27,011 bases of DNA from a virus (lineage: Duplodnaviria > Caudoviricetes): positions 1-27,011 of IMG/VR virus record IMGVR_UViG_3300037780_000071. One strand, written 5' to 3'. The notes under the pieces were generated by a model, which made no database searches, was not told where the DNA came from, and saw only the letters and a program-made list of their open reading frames with translations. A program made the translations under genes and the position numbers. Positions 16,591 to 25,087 of this stretch are shown here, one piece after another (positions within the stretch are counted from its first letter, which is position 1; each line of letters starts with the position of its first letter).

Positions 16591-17661
16591 TCAGTACAAC
16601 TTGACTTTGCGGATGATGAATCGGCGTGATGGCGCAGGAATGCCGTTATCATACATCCTGATTCCAGCCTCGGGAGGATCGCCGCCTTCTTGCAGGAAGT
16701 CGTATCGAGGTTGCGAAGCATCCTGACGGTTGAGCTTGTTTTCTGCCGAGTGCCAAACGAAAGGCCCGGTTCCTGTCATCGGATCAACCTCGACAGTCAC
16801 GAGGGCATATCCATCGCCGATCGGATCGGCGAGCCCGGCAGGCGTTTCGTATTGCTTATGCCAGGTTACATGACGAATGCCATCAAACATAAACTGATCG
16901 TAGGTGCCAGGGATGCCGTCAGGATCACTAGGCTGGATCGGTTGGTACTTGTTGGCGATGTCAGGAACCGAAAGCAACTGCCCTGCCGTTGCAGCGTTTA
17001 CGAAGATCAGGTTTGGCGTCATGTCGATGCCTGCCGCATCGCGATAGCCTGCCTTGATCCTTCGATACTCGACAAGAGGTTTCACGCCTGCCGCATCGCT
17101 GAAATCAGTACCGCTTTCAGGGTACGAACCGGCATCGGGCAGATCGGTGATTTCTGTCGAGTAGTCGATCACGATCGCGATGTCGCTGTTTTCCGCATCC
17201 TCGCCGCTTTGGTAGGTGTAGATTCCAGCGGTTGCCATCGCGATGAAGGATTCAACAACGAGGTTGGTTCGATAGTATTCGAGGCGATTGGTTGCGAAGA
17301 CCACATCCATATCACCGATCGAGGCAACATCGCCATCCTGCAACTGGAAACCTGGATCGTGCAATCCATACATCCAAGCGTTTTTGATGTGAAACGGCTC
17401 AACGAGCGTTTCACGAAATTCGCCGTCTCGGATGCGAACCGAACGATCGGCAAAACCGACGATCGAGGCACGACCATTCGTTTTCACGATCTGATAGCGC
17501 CTCATGATCGAGCCTTTCGGCAGTTGTGGGTTGAACTCATGAGGAACGCGCGTTGCAAAGTCGAGGACTTCGCGATGCGGGATATTCTCTTCATCGATCA
17601 CATTTGCGAGGTACTCTTGATCGACATCCTCGCGACGCAAATAACGCTTGCGCTCTGCCAT
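16591..17661 (-). CDS. Major capsid protein, HK97 fold, lambda gpE-like (356 aa)
   Basis: Size, position after scaffold and decoration genes, GGAG SD and downstream terminator. Segments such as ASIVGF, VEPFHIK, IVIDYS and PNLIFVN fit gpE-like capsids. Confidence 0.8.
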   Translation of the reverse strand: MAERKRYLRREDVDQEYLANVIDEENIPHREVLDFATRVPHEFNPQLPKGSIMRRYQIVKTNGRASIVGFADRSVRIRDGEFRETLVEPFHIKNAWMYGLHDPGFQLQDGDVASIGDMDVVFATNRLEYYRTNLVVESFIAMATAGIYTYQSGEDAENSDIAIVIDYSTEITDLPDAGSYPESGTDFSDAAGVKPLVEYRRIKAGYRDAAGIDMTPNLIFVNAATAGQLLSVPDIANKYQPIQPSDPDGIPGTYDQFMFDGIRHVTWHKQYETPAGLADPIGDGYALVTVEVDPMTGTGPFVWHSAENKLNRQDASQPRYDFLQEGGDPPEAGIRMYDNGIPAPSRRFIIRKVKLY

Positions 17662-17726
17662 TGTCTTGACTCCATTGCAGTGTGTGGAAGGCAGGCAAAG
17701 CGCCTGCGTTGTGTCATCTTATCGGA

Positions 17727-17757
17727 GCCTGCGCCCTCGTGCGAGGATGGCGCAGGC
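17727..17757 (-). promoter_or_regulatory. GC-rich stem-loop between the decoration and capsid genes
   Basis: GCCTGCGCC...GGCGCAGGC 9-bp outer stem with an inner CTCG/CGAG pairing and no U tract. A second small hairpin (GCAGGC/GCCTGC) lies at 17691-17707. Confidence 0.45.
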
Positions 17758-17763
17758 GAGGTT

Positions 17764-18576
17764 TCAGGATCGAGTGTCTGTGTTGAACTCGATCATTGGT
17801 TGCATCGCCGTCTTTGCATCAGGGAACAACCCTTTGCAGGTTGCCTCGACAACCTCGCCATGCTTTCGAGTCGGCATCAGGACGTTTGCAGGCTCAACGC
17901 CGTTACCATAGTCCAGATAGACGGTCTTCGAGGAAGGCTTGTATTGCCCTCGAGGCGTATTGATGATTCGCGCGCCTGCGCTGACGGTTCCCGCTGCGCC
18001 ATCAACAGTGATGGTATCAGCGCCTGCGTCGATGGCAGTGACGTTGCGCGCGCCTGACACTCCCTCGATCGTCACAACATCGCCAACGCGAAACGCGAGA
18101 TCATCCGTTGCATTCTCGAACGTGAAGGTATTGACGCTTGTGTCAGCCTGAAGGGTTGCAACCGAGACACTCGGATCGACATGCAAGGCGCCATCATCTG
18201 CAACGGTGATGTTGCGATCGAGCGTCAGCGTCTTTGTTGACTTGTTGATCGCAGTGATGCGCGCAGGGAACACTGCGCCTGCGTAGAAAAGCCAATCGCC
18301 AACCGTGAATTGATCGACGAATGCGTTTTTGTCCTCGCCAACAACAACAGCGGAAGCGCCTGCGACAGCGCCATCAGCGAGGTCATAGGCGCAGGGACGA
18401 TGATAACCGTCATAGCACTTGGCGATGATCGTGCCGATCGGCACTTCGTTGTAGTTTGTGCCGAAAAGGTTTGCCTTTGCGATGGAAACGCTTTTGGTCT
18501 GGTAATGCGAGTCCAACCAAAGGACTTGATCGCCATATTGGTTGGAAAGCGGAACGAATGACACTGAATCAGACAC
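17764..18576 (-). CDS. Head decoration (cement) protein with two inserted repeat domains (270 aa)
   Basis: Between scaffold and capsid genes; VPIGTIIAK...YHRP and C-terminal HGEVVEATCKGL...IEF resemble gpD-like decoration proteins; GTG start. Confidence 0.65.
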   Translation of the reverse strand: MSDSVSFVPLSNQYGDQVLWLDSHYQTKSVSIAKANLFGTNYNEVPIGTIIAKCYDGYHRPCAYDLADGAVAGASAVVVGEDKNAFVDQFTVGDWLFYAGAVFPARITAINKSTKTLTLDRNITVADDGALHVDPSVSVATLQADTSVNTFTFENATDDLAFRVGDVVTIEGVSGARNVTAIDAGADTITVDGAAGTVSAGARIINTPRGQYKPSSKTVYLDYGNGVEPANVLMPTRKHGEVVEATCKGLFPDAKTAMQPMIEFNTDTRS

Positions 18577-18637
18577 TTTCTTTCTCTCGTGTTGCAGTAA
18601 AGTGAAGCGCCTTCAGGCGCCGAAAACTCGAAAAACC

Positions 18638-19393
18638 TTATACTCGGTTCCTCTTAGCCTTGTATCTCGCGAGATCCTCTTTAGCACGATCGGCGCTAGA
18701 TTTCTCGCCCTTGTTGCGAGTTGAAGGTTTCGGCGTCTTTTTCGAAGCGCCTGACTTTGGCGAGGACGTTGCGCGCTTTCCTTCGCCATCGTCGCCATCG
18801 CCTTCGCCGCCGGTTGCTTCCTTCGTTGCAAACATATTCGGGAATGTCTTTTTGAGGCGCTTGACTTGGCGCCTCACATCATACACTTCGCCGGTATCGG
18901 CATCGACATCGCAGGTTTGCATCAGTCCTGCCAGGATGACTTCAGACACATCTGACATGCCTTGCTTGCGGCATTCCTCGCTGATGCTTTCCCTGGCGCG
19001 CATCTGCATCTTCTCGCGTTCCGCTTCTGCCTTTTCAGCCTTCAGAGCCTCGATTTCAGCTTGCGCCTTTTCGAGTTCGCTCATGCCTTCAGTTTTTGCC
19101 TTCTCGCGCTTTTTGCGCTTTTCCTCCTGCGCCTTGCGCTTCCTTTCAGCAGCGCGCAGGCGCAAAACTTCATCCTCCAATTCTTCTCGAGTAGGCTCGT
19201 CATCATCGCCGTCATCGTCATCGTCATCATCTTCGCCATCGTCATCATCTTCTGATGCGTTGGCGTCAGTATCATCGCCTTCGCCACTCGAGGCGCCTGC
19301 GCCTCCTGTCGAGGATGCGCCAGGGTTTTCGAGACCATCGCCAGCGGTATCGAGAAGACCAAAAATCAGGAGTGCGAGTTGTTGCTTGTTCAT
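18638..19393 (-). CDS. Capsid scaffolding protein (251 aa)
   Basis: Gly/Asp-rich disordered N terminus, charged coiled coil with MSELEKAQAE, VKRLKKTFPNMF motif and low-complexity tail, all typical of SPP1 gp11-type scaffolds. Confidence 0.8.
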   Translation of the reverse strand: MNKQQLALLIFGLLDTAGDGLENPGASSTGGAGASSGEGDDTDANASEDDDDGEDDDDDDDGDDDEPTREELEDEVLRLRAAERKRKAQEEKRKKREKAKTEGMSELEKAQAEIEALKAEKAEAEREKMQMRARESISEECRKQGMSDVSEVILAGLMQTCDVDADTGEVYDVRRQVKRLKKTFPNMFATKEATGGEGDGDDGEGKRATSSPKSGASKKTPKPSTRNKGEKSSADRAKEDLARYKAKRNRV

Positions 19394-19517
19394 TTTAAAG
19401 CTCCGTCATCTGCCGTTGTTCTAGCGCTTGCCAGGCGCCTTTTATTCGATGACATCGCAAAGGGTATGCGCTTGCGAGTCTACACAAAACCTCGAAACTA
19501 GCGCAAGTCAAGCAAGA

Positions 19518-20357
19518 TCAAGACAGAACGTCATCAGGGTTGCCTGCGAGGATTGCGGCAGATTCAGGCAACCATGCGATCTCTTTTTCTCGATCGTTTG
19601 GTCTACCAGGCGGATGCAGGTATTGCCTGCCATCGCCATCGACAAACGGATCGCCAAGATCTTGGACTTGTCCGTTGACTGGCAGCGAGTCGGCATCAGT
19701 GCGCGCATCGAAGGTAGCGATGCAGGACTTTTGCAATTCTGGAATGTCTGTGCGCTGCGCCTCGAGAAGTCCCTGATAATGCGCCTCGTTATAGGCATTC
19801 ATCATCTCGGTTCGCACTATGCGCTCTGCGCGCCACTGCTCGCCGTTGATGGATGCCCTGACGCCATCGACGATCGAGTTGATCGACTCGCGCGATATGA
19901 TGCCGTTGGCGATGTCATCGCGAATGCGGTTGGCGACTGTTTGACCATAGGCAGCGAGGCTTTCCTGATACCTTTCGATCAGGGTTTCAACCTCGAGGCT
20001 TGCAACAGCGCCGAGATTGATTGTGCGCGCCTCGGCGCCATAGAAGGATAACCATGCCTCGATCTCATCTTCGATGTGATCAGGCGCCAGCGCAACAGCG
20101 TCCTCGATGGCGAAGCGCAACAGTGCATCGAGTTGGCGCACTGACTCGGCATCAGCAACCGTTGTCAGGATGTCGATAAGCAACGCCTGATTTGCGCGGT
20201 ATGCTTCGATGCTGCCCGATGCCACTTCGCGCGCAAGCGCATCGCCAACATCTTGCATCCTGTCGATGACTCTACCTCGAGTCCTTCGATCCAGGGCGAG
20301 AAGTTGGCGATGCAGCCTGCGCGCAGTCTCGGCGATTTGTTCCGGTATTTCAGGCAT
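19518..20357 (-). CDS. Minor head protein, MuF / SPP1 gp7 family (279 aa)
   Basis: RAERIVRTEMMNAYN, DART and HPPGRPNDR motifs. Start moved to ATG 20357, an 8-nt overlap with the upstream gene. Confidence 0.88.
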   Translation of the reverse strand: MPEIPEQIAETARRLHRQLLALDRRTRGRVIDRMQDVGDALAREVASGSIEAYRANQALLIDILTTVADAESVRQLDALLRFAIEDAVALAPDHIEDEIEAWLSFYGAEARTINLGAVASLEVETLIERYQESLAAYGQTVANRIRDDIANGIISRESINSIVDGVRASINGEQWRAERIVRTEMMNAYNEAHYQGLLEAQRTDIPELQKSCIATFDARTDADSLPVNGQVQDLGDPFVDGDGRQYLHPPGRPNDREKEIAWLPESAAILAGNPDDVLS

Positions 20358-21063
20358 GGCGCGCAGCAAGATAATCGTTGGCGTATGCGCATTGCTTCAT
20401 GAAGCGATCTGCGCCTCCATAAGAGAGCACTCGAAACACGTTCTTGTCAGTGGTCTTCAGGCTGCCAGCGTTGTATGCGCCTGACAGCTTGACTGGATCA
20501 ACCTCGCCGAGGTCATCCGCCTGCATACGAAGGTAGGCAAACAGAAGCATGATCGAAACGTCTCGAATGCACAGATCGCCAACCTCGATCTCTCGAGGAT
20601 CGCCTGATGAGAGATCGACAAATTGGAAGTCGTTTGGATAGCGTTCGCAGATGCCTCGCGCAGTGGAAAGCAATGTCTGCCCTAAGCCTGCGCTGCCTCG
20701 CCTCGGCGTTTCTGACCAACTGATAAATCCAGGCTCATGGCGTTCACTGATCGGATCTCTCTCGAAGGTGCCTTTGATCTTCAGGGACTCGGCGCAGATG
20801 ATGCCTGCGCCGATCTCGGGAGCGATGCGGAACTTTTCTGCTGCGCGCGTGATGATGCCTCCTGACTGCTCGATCAACTTGATCGCAGTAAGAGGATGCC
20901 CTTTCGTCCTGACGCATCCATCGCCGTCCAACTCGAGATAACGTGCGAGTCCTCGCGAGGCATGATCAAGACCATCCTCGAACTTGACTCGCCCTGCGCC
21001 ATCCTCGAACTCAGTTGCCCATTGTTTGCCGCCTGCGTGCCGATTCCATCGCCATTTTGCCAT
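20350..21063 (-). CDS. SLT-family lytic transglycosylase (237 aa)
   Basis: Motif I AAEKFRIAPEIGAGIICAES (catalytic Glu), motif II SAGLGQ (GLMQ variant) and motif III LSGAYNAG; AAGGA SD; no signal peptide seen. Confidence 0.85.
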   Translation of the reverse strand: MAKWRWNRHAGGKQWATEFEDGAGRVKFEDGLDHASRGLARYLELDGDGCVRTKGHPLTAIKLIEQSGGIITRAAEKFRIAPEIGAGIICAESLKIKGTFERDPISERHEPGFISWSETPRRGSAGLGQTLLSTARGICERYPNDFQFVDLSSGDPREIEVGDLCIRDVSIMLLFAYLRMQADDLGEVDPVKLSGAYNAGSLKTTDKNVFRVLSYGGADRFMKQCAYANDYLAARHA

Positions 21064-21120
21064 GATGCTTCCTTGTGTGTTGTCTCGAGTCTTCTGCGCG
21101 CCTGCATCGCGCCTCGAGGC

Positions 21121-22620
21121 TTAGTTTGGAGGCAGGTTGCTTGCGCTTTGCTGCGCGCCGAGTTTCTCGACATACTTGCGCACATCCTCGACGGCATAGA
21201 ACGGTGACAGGATCGTGATCAACGTTTCGATGTCGATCAAATCGTTTGTCCACAACTGGATCAATGGAGTGATGATCGTTTGCAGATCCTGCGCAGTCGG
21301 TTGGATGACTTCTGGCCAGTGAACATTCACGTTGCCAGCGAACTCGATGCCTTGCACTCGCAGCATAAGCTCGAACCATCGCGCCAAGCCTGCGCCATAT
21401 GTCTGGCGCAGGGCGCCGACAAGCGAAACCATAGGCTGCATCAGACGCTCAATTGCGACGCCTGACAAAGCGCCGACTGCGCGCTCTGGATCGTGTTCGA
21501 TGACTCGAGTTACTTGCGAGAACATCTGGCGAAGCATCGTCAGGTATTCAACCGCTGCCGCCTGCCCTGCGCCTGTCATTTCCAACAAACGCACATCGGC
21601 AGGAGGCGTATTAGGAACGCCTTCGCTCTCGATAACAAGGCTGTCCTGACTGCCTCGGCGAATGGCAGGGATCGTCTGATCAGTGTTGTTAGGATCTGGC
21701 ATGTTCGCCACATTCAGAAAAACGAGTTGTGGCTCTTGGTTGTAGCGGATGCCAATGCCGAGTTGTGACAGCGTATAGTTGTATTCATCCTCCAAGCCTT
21801 GCTCTGCCTCGGAAATCAAAGGCGCGCCATCGAGAGCATCAGCAACGCGAAGGTTTTGAATCCAAACGACTGGCACGAACCCTAAAGAGTGCACTGCCTC
21901 GTTTTCAACCGACCATGACAGCGCCTCGACATCGAGATCTTCAGGCACTTCATCGCCGAGATCTGCCGGTTGATAGTCGATCGTCTTATCGACATCCCAA
22001 AAGCGCCTATTCACGAAATAGGTGACGTTTCCTGCGAGATCCTCGGATGCAGACAACCAATATTCGTCGAGTTCTATGATGTCATCATCTTCGAGGTTGT
22101 TTGCGTCTGCGACCTCTTGATCTTCCCTGGCGAACTTGACTTTGACATCGCTCAACTCGAGGACTTCCGACCACATCCTACCAGTGGAAAGCTGATGGCC
22201 AGCGATGCCAACGCTGCCATGCATCAATCCATTGCGCCCTAACTCGAGTAGCTTCTGATCGAGCTTGGTCTTTTTGCGGATCTCGGCGATGGCACGATTG
22301 ATGTTGTCGATTTCCTCCTGATCTGACGGATCGATCTCGTCATCAGGGATGCGGTTGCCATCTGGATCATCGAGTGAGTCAACGCGAAATTGCGGCATCC
22401 TGCCTGCGCCGAAAAGATAGCTGTTGACCGTGTTGATTGCCGAGGCGCAGAGCCTAACGAGGATCGCAGGTTGCTTTTCTCGCATCGTCAAAGATTCGTC
22501 TGCATCGTTATGAGGTGGCAGATCTTGGAATTGCTTGCCGTGGTAGTACGCAGACTGTGTGACGAAACGAGCGCTGCGCGAGGACATGCCAAGCGCGCGC
22601 GAATAAGAAAGATGACTCAT
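21121..22620 (-). CDS. Portal protein, SPP1 gp6-like (499 aa)
   Basis: Directly after terL (ATGA overlap, AAGGA SD, start moved to 22620). Motifs AYYHGKQ, HSLGFVPVVWIQN and LSGVAI are characteristic. Confidence 0.9.
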   Translation of the reverse strand: MSHLSYSRALGMSSRSARFVTQSAYYHGKQFQDLPPHNDADESLTMREKQPAILVRLCASAINTVNSYLFGAGRMPQFRVDSLDDPDGNRIPDDEIDPSDQEEIDNINRAIAEIRKKTKLDQKLLELGRNGLMHGSVGIAGHQLSTGRMWSEVLELSDVKVKFAREDQEVADANNLEDDDIIELDEYWLSASEDLAGNVTYFVNRRFWDVDKTIDYQPADLGDEVPEDLDVEALSWSVENEAVHSLGFVPVVWIQNLRVADALDGAPLISEAEQGLEDEYNYTLSQLGIGIRYNQEPQLVFLNVANMPDPNNTDQTIPAIRRGSQDSLVIESEGVPNTPPADVRLLEMTGAGQAAAVEYLTMLRQMFSQVTRVIEHDPERAVGALSGVAIERLMQPMVSLVGALRQTYGAGLARWFELMLRVQGIEFAGNVNVHWPEVIQPTAQDLQTIITPLIQLWTNDLIDIETLITILSPFYAVEDVRKYVEKLGAQQSASNLPPN

Positions 22621-24110
22621 GCGACATTCCTTGTGATTGATGGCGTCAGGCAGCGAAGGCGAGCGATGCCCTTGCTGCGCGATTTGTGCTCTGAATACAG
22701 ACCATAGCGCAGAGCGTCGCAAGCGTGATCGTCGGATTTAACAGGCGCCTCGCTGCCGTTGTCCTTCCACTGGTAGTTATTCATTTCCCTGCGCAGGTTG
22801 ACGCAGCGCCTCGAGATCTTGAGCCATGGCATGATCAAACCGGGTTCTACCTCGACAGGCTTAATCATGACTGCAACAGCGTCAATGCCCTCGACAACTT
22901 CGTTGCGCGCTGGAAGGACTTTGCATGTCAATCCTGCCTTCAGGATAGCCTTGCGCAACGTCTCGGCGTTCCCTGGCGAAGATGGATCGTGATAAATGAC
23001 CTCGATGCCGTATTGTTTGATCTTGCCAATGATACGCTTGCACCATGAATCAGCGCCAGGATCGCCGATAGGCTGCCCGAATATCAGGTTTGATTTATAC
23101 ACTTCATCGAGGACATACATTGCGCCATCGGAAAGCTCGCCGAGGACAACAAGAGCGCCGGGGTTTGCAAACCCAAAATCCAAGCCTGCGAAGACTCGCT
23201 TGAATCGCCTCGGCAACTTGTCGATCAAGTGCGTATTGTCATCTAAGAAATCCTCGAAGATCTTGCCCTCGAAGGCGAAGAAATCCGCTTCATAGTTGCG
23301 CCGATATTGTGCGGCAGGCAGATCCTTCTTAGCTTGCTTGGCAGCCTCGACAAGCGCAGGCTTCGCCGTGTTTGCTGCCGATGTGAAGTGAAACGCCTTC
23401 ACATCAGGATTTATGCGCTCTGGATCGGTTGATTTGTCCGAGATCTGCCATAGATCCTGATAATACCAATTCTGCCCCTTTGGCGTTGACGTGAACAACG
23501 CCCAACCTTGATCGGCAGCGAGGACAGGCTCGAGATTTTCTTTCCAAGTGTCAGCTTTCAAGCGTGCTGCCTCATCCGCCCAAACGCCATTTAGGCCAAC
23601 CGAGACGAGACGATCTGGCCTATCCGCTGACTTGATCTCGATCAGAATGCCCCCTCGAAGCCAAAGGCGATTCAGTTGCTCATCCCACTTCAAGACAACC
23701 GGCGATTCCTCGCCTCCGAGGATCTCGAAGACTTCGCGAAGCGCAACCGAGGTAAGATCGTAGGTTGGCGCGATGATCCAGTAATGGAGGATCGGTTTCG
23801 TGTGCCTGCGTAGCTTGCGAGGCTGGCGCCATGCTTGCGCCTCGCCTCGCTTGACTGCCTCGCAATGCCGGTTGAAGTCCTCGAAGACTCGACGCACGAA
23901 CTCACGCGCGATGGCATACGTTTTCCCGCTGCGCCTGCCTGCGCATACAACGATGATGCGCGCAAGGCACAGATGCAGCAACGCCTGCGCTGCATGAGGC
24001 TTGTACCCTTTCAGCGGTACAAACTTGCGCTTGCGCTTGCGAGGCTTGCGAGAAGTGCGCTTTGCGGCATCCTTCTCGCGCTTGCAGAGCATGTCAACGA
24101 ATCCAGTCAT
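22617..24110 (-). CDS. terL: Terminase large subunit (497 aa)
   Basis: Q-motif PHAAQ, Walker A AGRRSGKT, Walker B VWADEAA, coupling motif TSTP, nuclease GLDFG and DDHACDALRY. Confidence 0.97.
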   Translation of the reverse strand: MTGFVDMLCKREKDAAKRTSRKPRKRKRKFVPLKGYKPHAAQALLHLCLARIIVVCAGRRSGKTYAIAREFVRRVFEDFNRHCEAVKRGEAQAWRQPRKLRRHTKPILHYWIIAPTYDLTSVALREVFEILGGEESPVVLKWDEQLNRLWLRGGILIEIKSADRPDRLVSVGLNGVWADEAARLKADTWKENLEPVLAADQGWALFTSTPKGQNWYYQDLWQISDKSTDPERINPDVKAFHFTSAANTAKPALVEAAKQAKKDLPAAQYRRNYEADFFAFEGKIFEDFLDDNTHLIDKLPRRFKRVFAGLDFGFANPGALVVLGELSDGAMYVLDEVYKSNLIFGQPIGDPGADSWCKRIIGKIKQYGIEVIYHDPSSPGNAETLRKAILKAGLTCKVLPARNEVVEGIDAVAVMIKPVEVEPGLIMPWLKISRRCVNLRREMNNYQWKDNGSEAPVKSDDHACDALRYGLYSEHKSRSKGIARLRCLTPSITRNVA

Positions 24111-24118
24111 ATGATCAC

Positions 24119-24156
24119 AAAAGGGCGCAGGCGCCTCGAGGCATCCTGCGCCCTTT
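24119..24156 (-). terminator. Terminator-like hairpin immediately upstream of terL
   Basis: mRNA AAAGGGCGCAGG-ATGCC-TCGA-GGCG-CCTGCGCCC-TTTT, then GTGATCAT and the ATG. Confidence 0.7.
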
Positions 24157-24182
24157 CTCGCGCGAGTGTTGGTTGATGGCGA

Positions 24183-24839
24183 TCAGTCCTCGGTTGGAAC
24201 CTTGCGCTCTGCCTTCGCAGTGATCTTACTTCCATAAGATGTGTGGTCAAACGAGACAGAAACCTTTTCAGGGCGCAACATCATGTCGAAATCCTGCGCA
24301 ACCTGATCGACGAATGAGGCAGCATCGCCAACAAATCGTTGCATCACTCCTGCGTATTGCGCCATCGCCATAGGCGCCAGCGAGTTAAACGAAGGCTGGA
24401 TCGTGATCGAGAGCTTGCCTGCCAACGATACGCCTGTCTTTTCATCGATGATCGAGTGAGGACGATCGAACTTGATCGACTTCGCCGATCCTGCCAAACC
24501 AACGCAACCATCCTCGAGATGTTTGCGCGATTCCTCGAGAACTGCCCTGCGCTGCGCTGATAGCGCTTCCTTGTATGCCTTGTCTTTGTCTTCGTGCCAG
24601 GCATCCGAACCAACTGGCGTTGGATTCGTCAGAAAGGACTTGTTTGGCTCTGGCACGCTGCGAGCGCCTGCGTCGCCTACCCTCGTTTCGGACGATCCTG
24701 CCTTCGTGCCATCAATGGTGACTTTCTTGTCGCCTGAAGTAAGCGTGATGGCAACGTCATTGCCTTTCGCGAAGTCCTTCAGATCCTCGACAGCCTCTTT
24801 AGCTTTTTTCGTTGCTGCGCTCATTTTTTCCTCACTCAT
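24183..24839 (-). CDS. Hypothetical protein (218 aa)
   Basis: Start moved to ATG 24839, which follows AAAGGA (alternative 24869). Protein-like composition; no family recognised. Confidence 0.7.
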   Translation of the reverse strand: MSEEKMSAATKKAKEAVEDLKDFAKGNDVAITLTSGDKKVTIDGTKAGSSETRVGDAGARSVPEPNKSFLTNPTPVGSDAWHEDKDKAYKEALSAQRRAVLEESRKHLEDGCVGLAGSAKSIKFDRPHSIIDEKTGVSLAGKLSITIQPSFNSLAPMAMAQYAGVMQRFVGDAASFVDQVAQDFDMMLRPEKVSVSFDHTSYGSKITAKAERKVPTED

Positions 24840-24868
24840 GATGTGTTCCTTTCCGTTGTTCTGCGCCA

Positions 24869-25087
24869 TCAGGCGCGATGTGATTCAATGAATGCGCGAT
24901 GGCAGTGATAGATAAACCATTCCTGGCCATGCTTGCGCATCCTTTCGCCGTCCAATTCCTCGAGGCGCCTTCGTGCGTTCGCCTCGACTTCCTGTTGCGT
25001 TGGCGCCTCGAGTTTCTCGACAAGCTCGAGCCTGTCCTCGAAGCGCCAGGCAACAAAGATCGCTGCCTGCCAGGGATGATCATTCAT
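24869..25087 (-). CDS. Hypothetical protein (72 aa)
   Basis: MNDHPWQAAIF... start overlaps the end of the terS-like gene by 8 nt and fills the gap in the operon. Confidence 0.55.
   Translation of the reverse strand: MNDHPWQAAIFVAWRFEDRLELVEKLEAPTQQEVEANARRRLEELDGERMRKHGQEWFIYHCHRAFIESHRA

Noticed and set aside
16690-18057. 455 aa + strand ORF, and similar long antisense ORFs at 1073-1879, 9853-10542, 13279-14184 and 18660-19424
   Set aside because: They lie opposite well-supported structural genes, lack SDs and recognisable motifs, and are explained as shadows of codon bias.
19195-19255. Imperfect (TCA/TCG)n trinucleotide run
   Set aside because: It encodes the poly-Asp linker of the scaffold; it is not a CRISPR array or contingency repeat.
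19476-19505. Candidate - strand promoter TTGCGC-N18-TAGACT upstream of the scaffold gene
   Set aside because: The match to consensus is weak and the host sigma specificity is unknown, so it is not supportable without TSS data.
19518-20357. Possible MuF polymorphic toxin
   Set aside because: The protein ends shortly after the MuF motif, with no toxin extension and no downstream immunity-like ORF.
24020-24080. NLS-like basic stretch KRTSRKPRKRKRK at the TerL N terminus (also MARKRKR at 25821)
   Set aside because: All context is prokaryotic phage. Basic tails are adequately explained by DNA binding, and nothing supports nuclear targeting.
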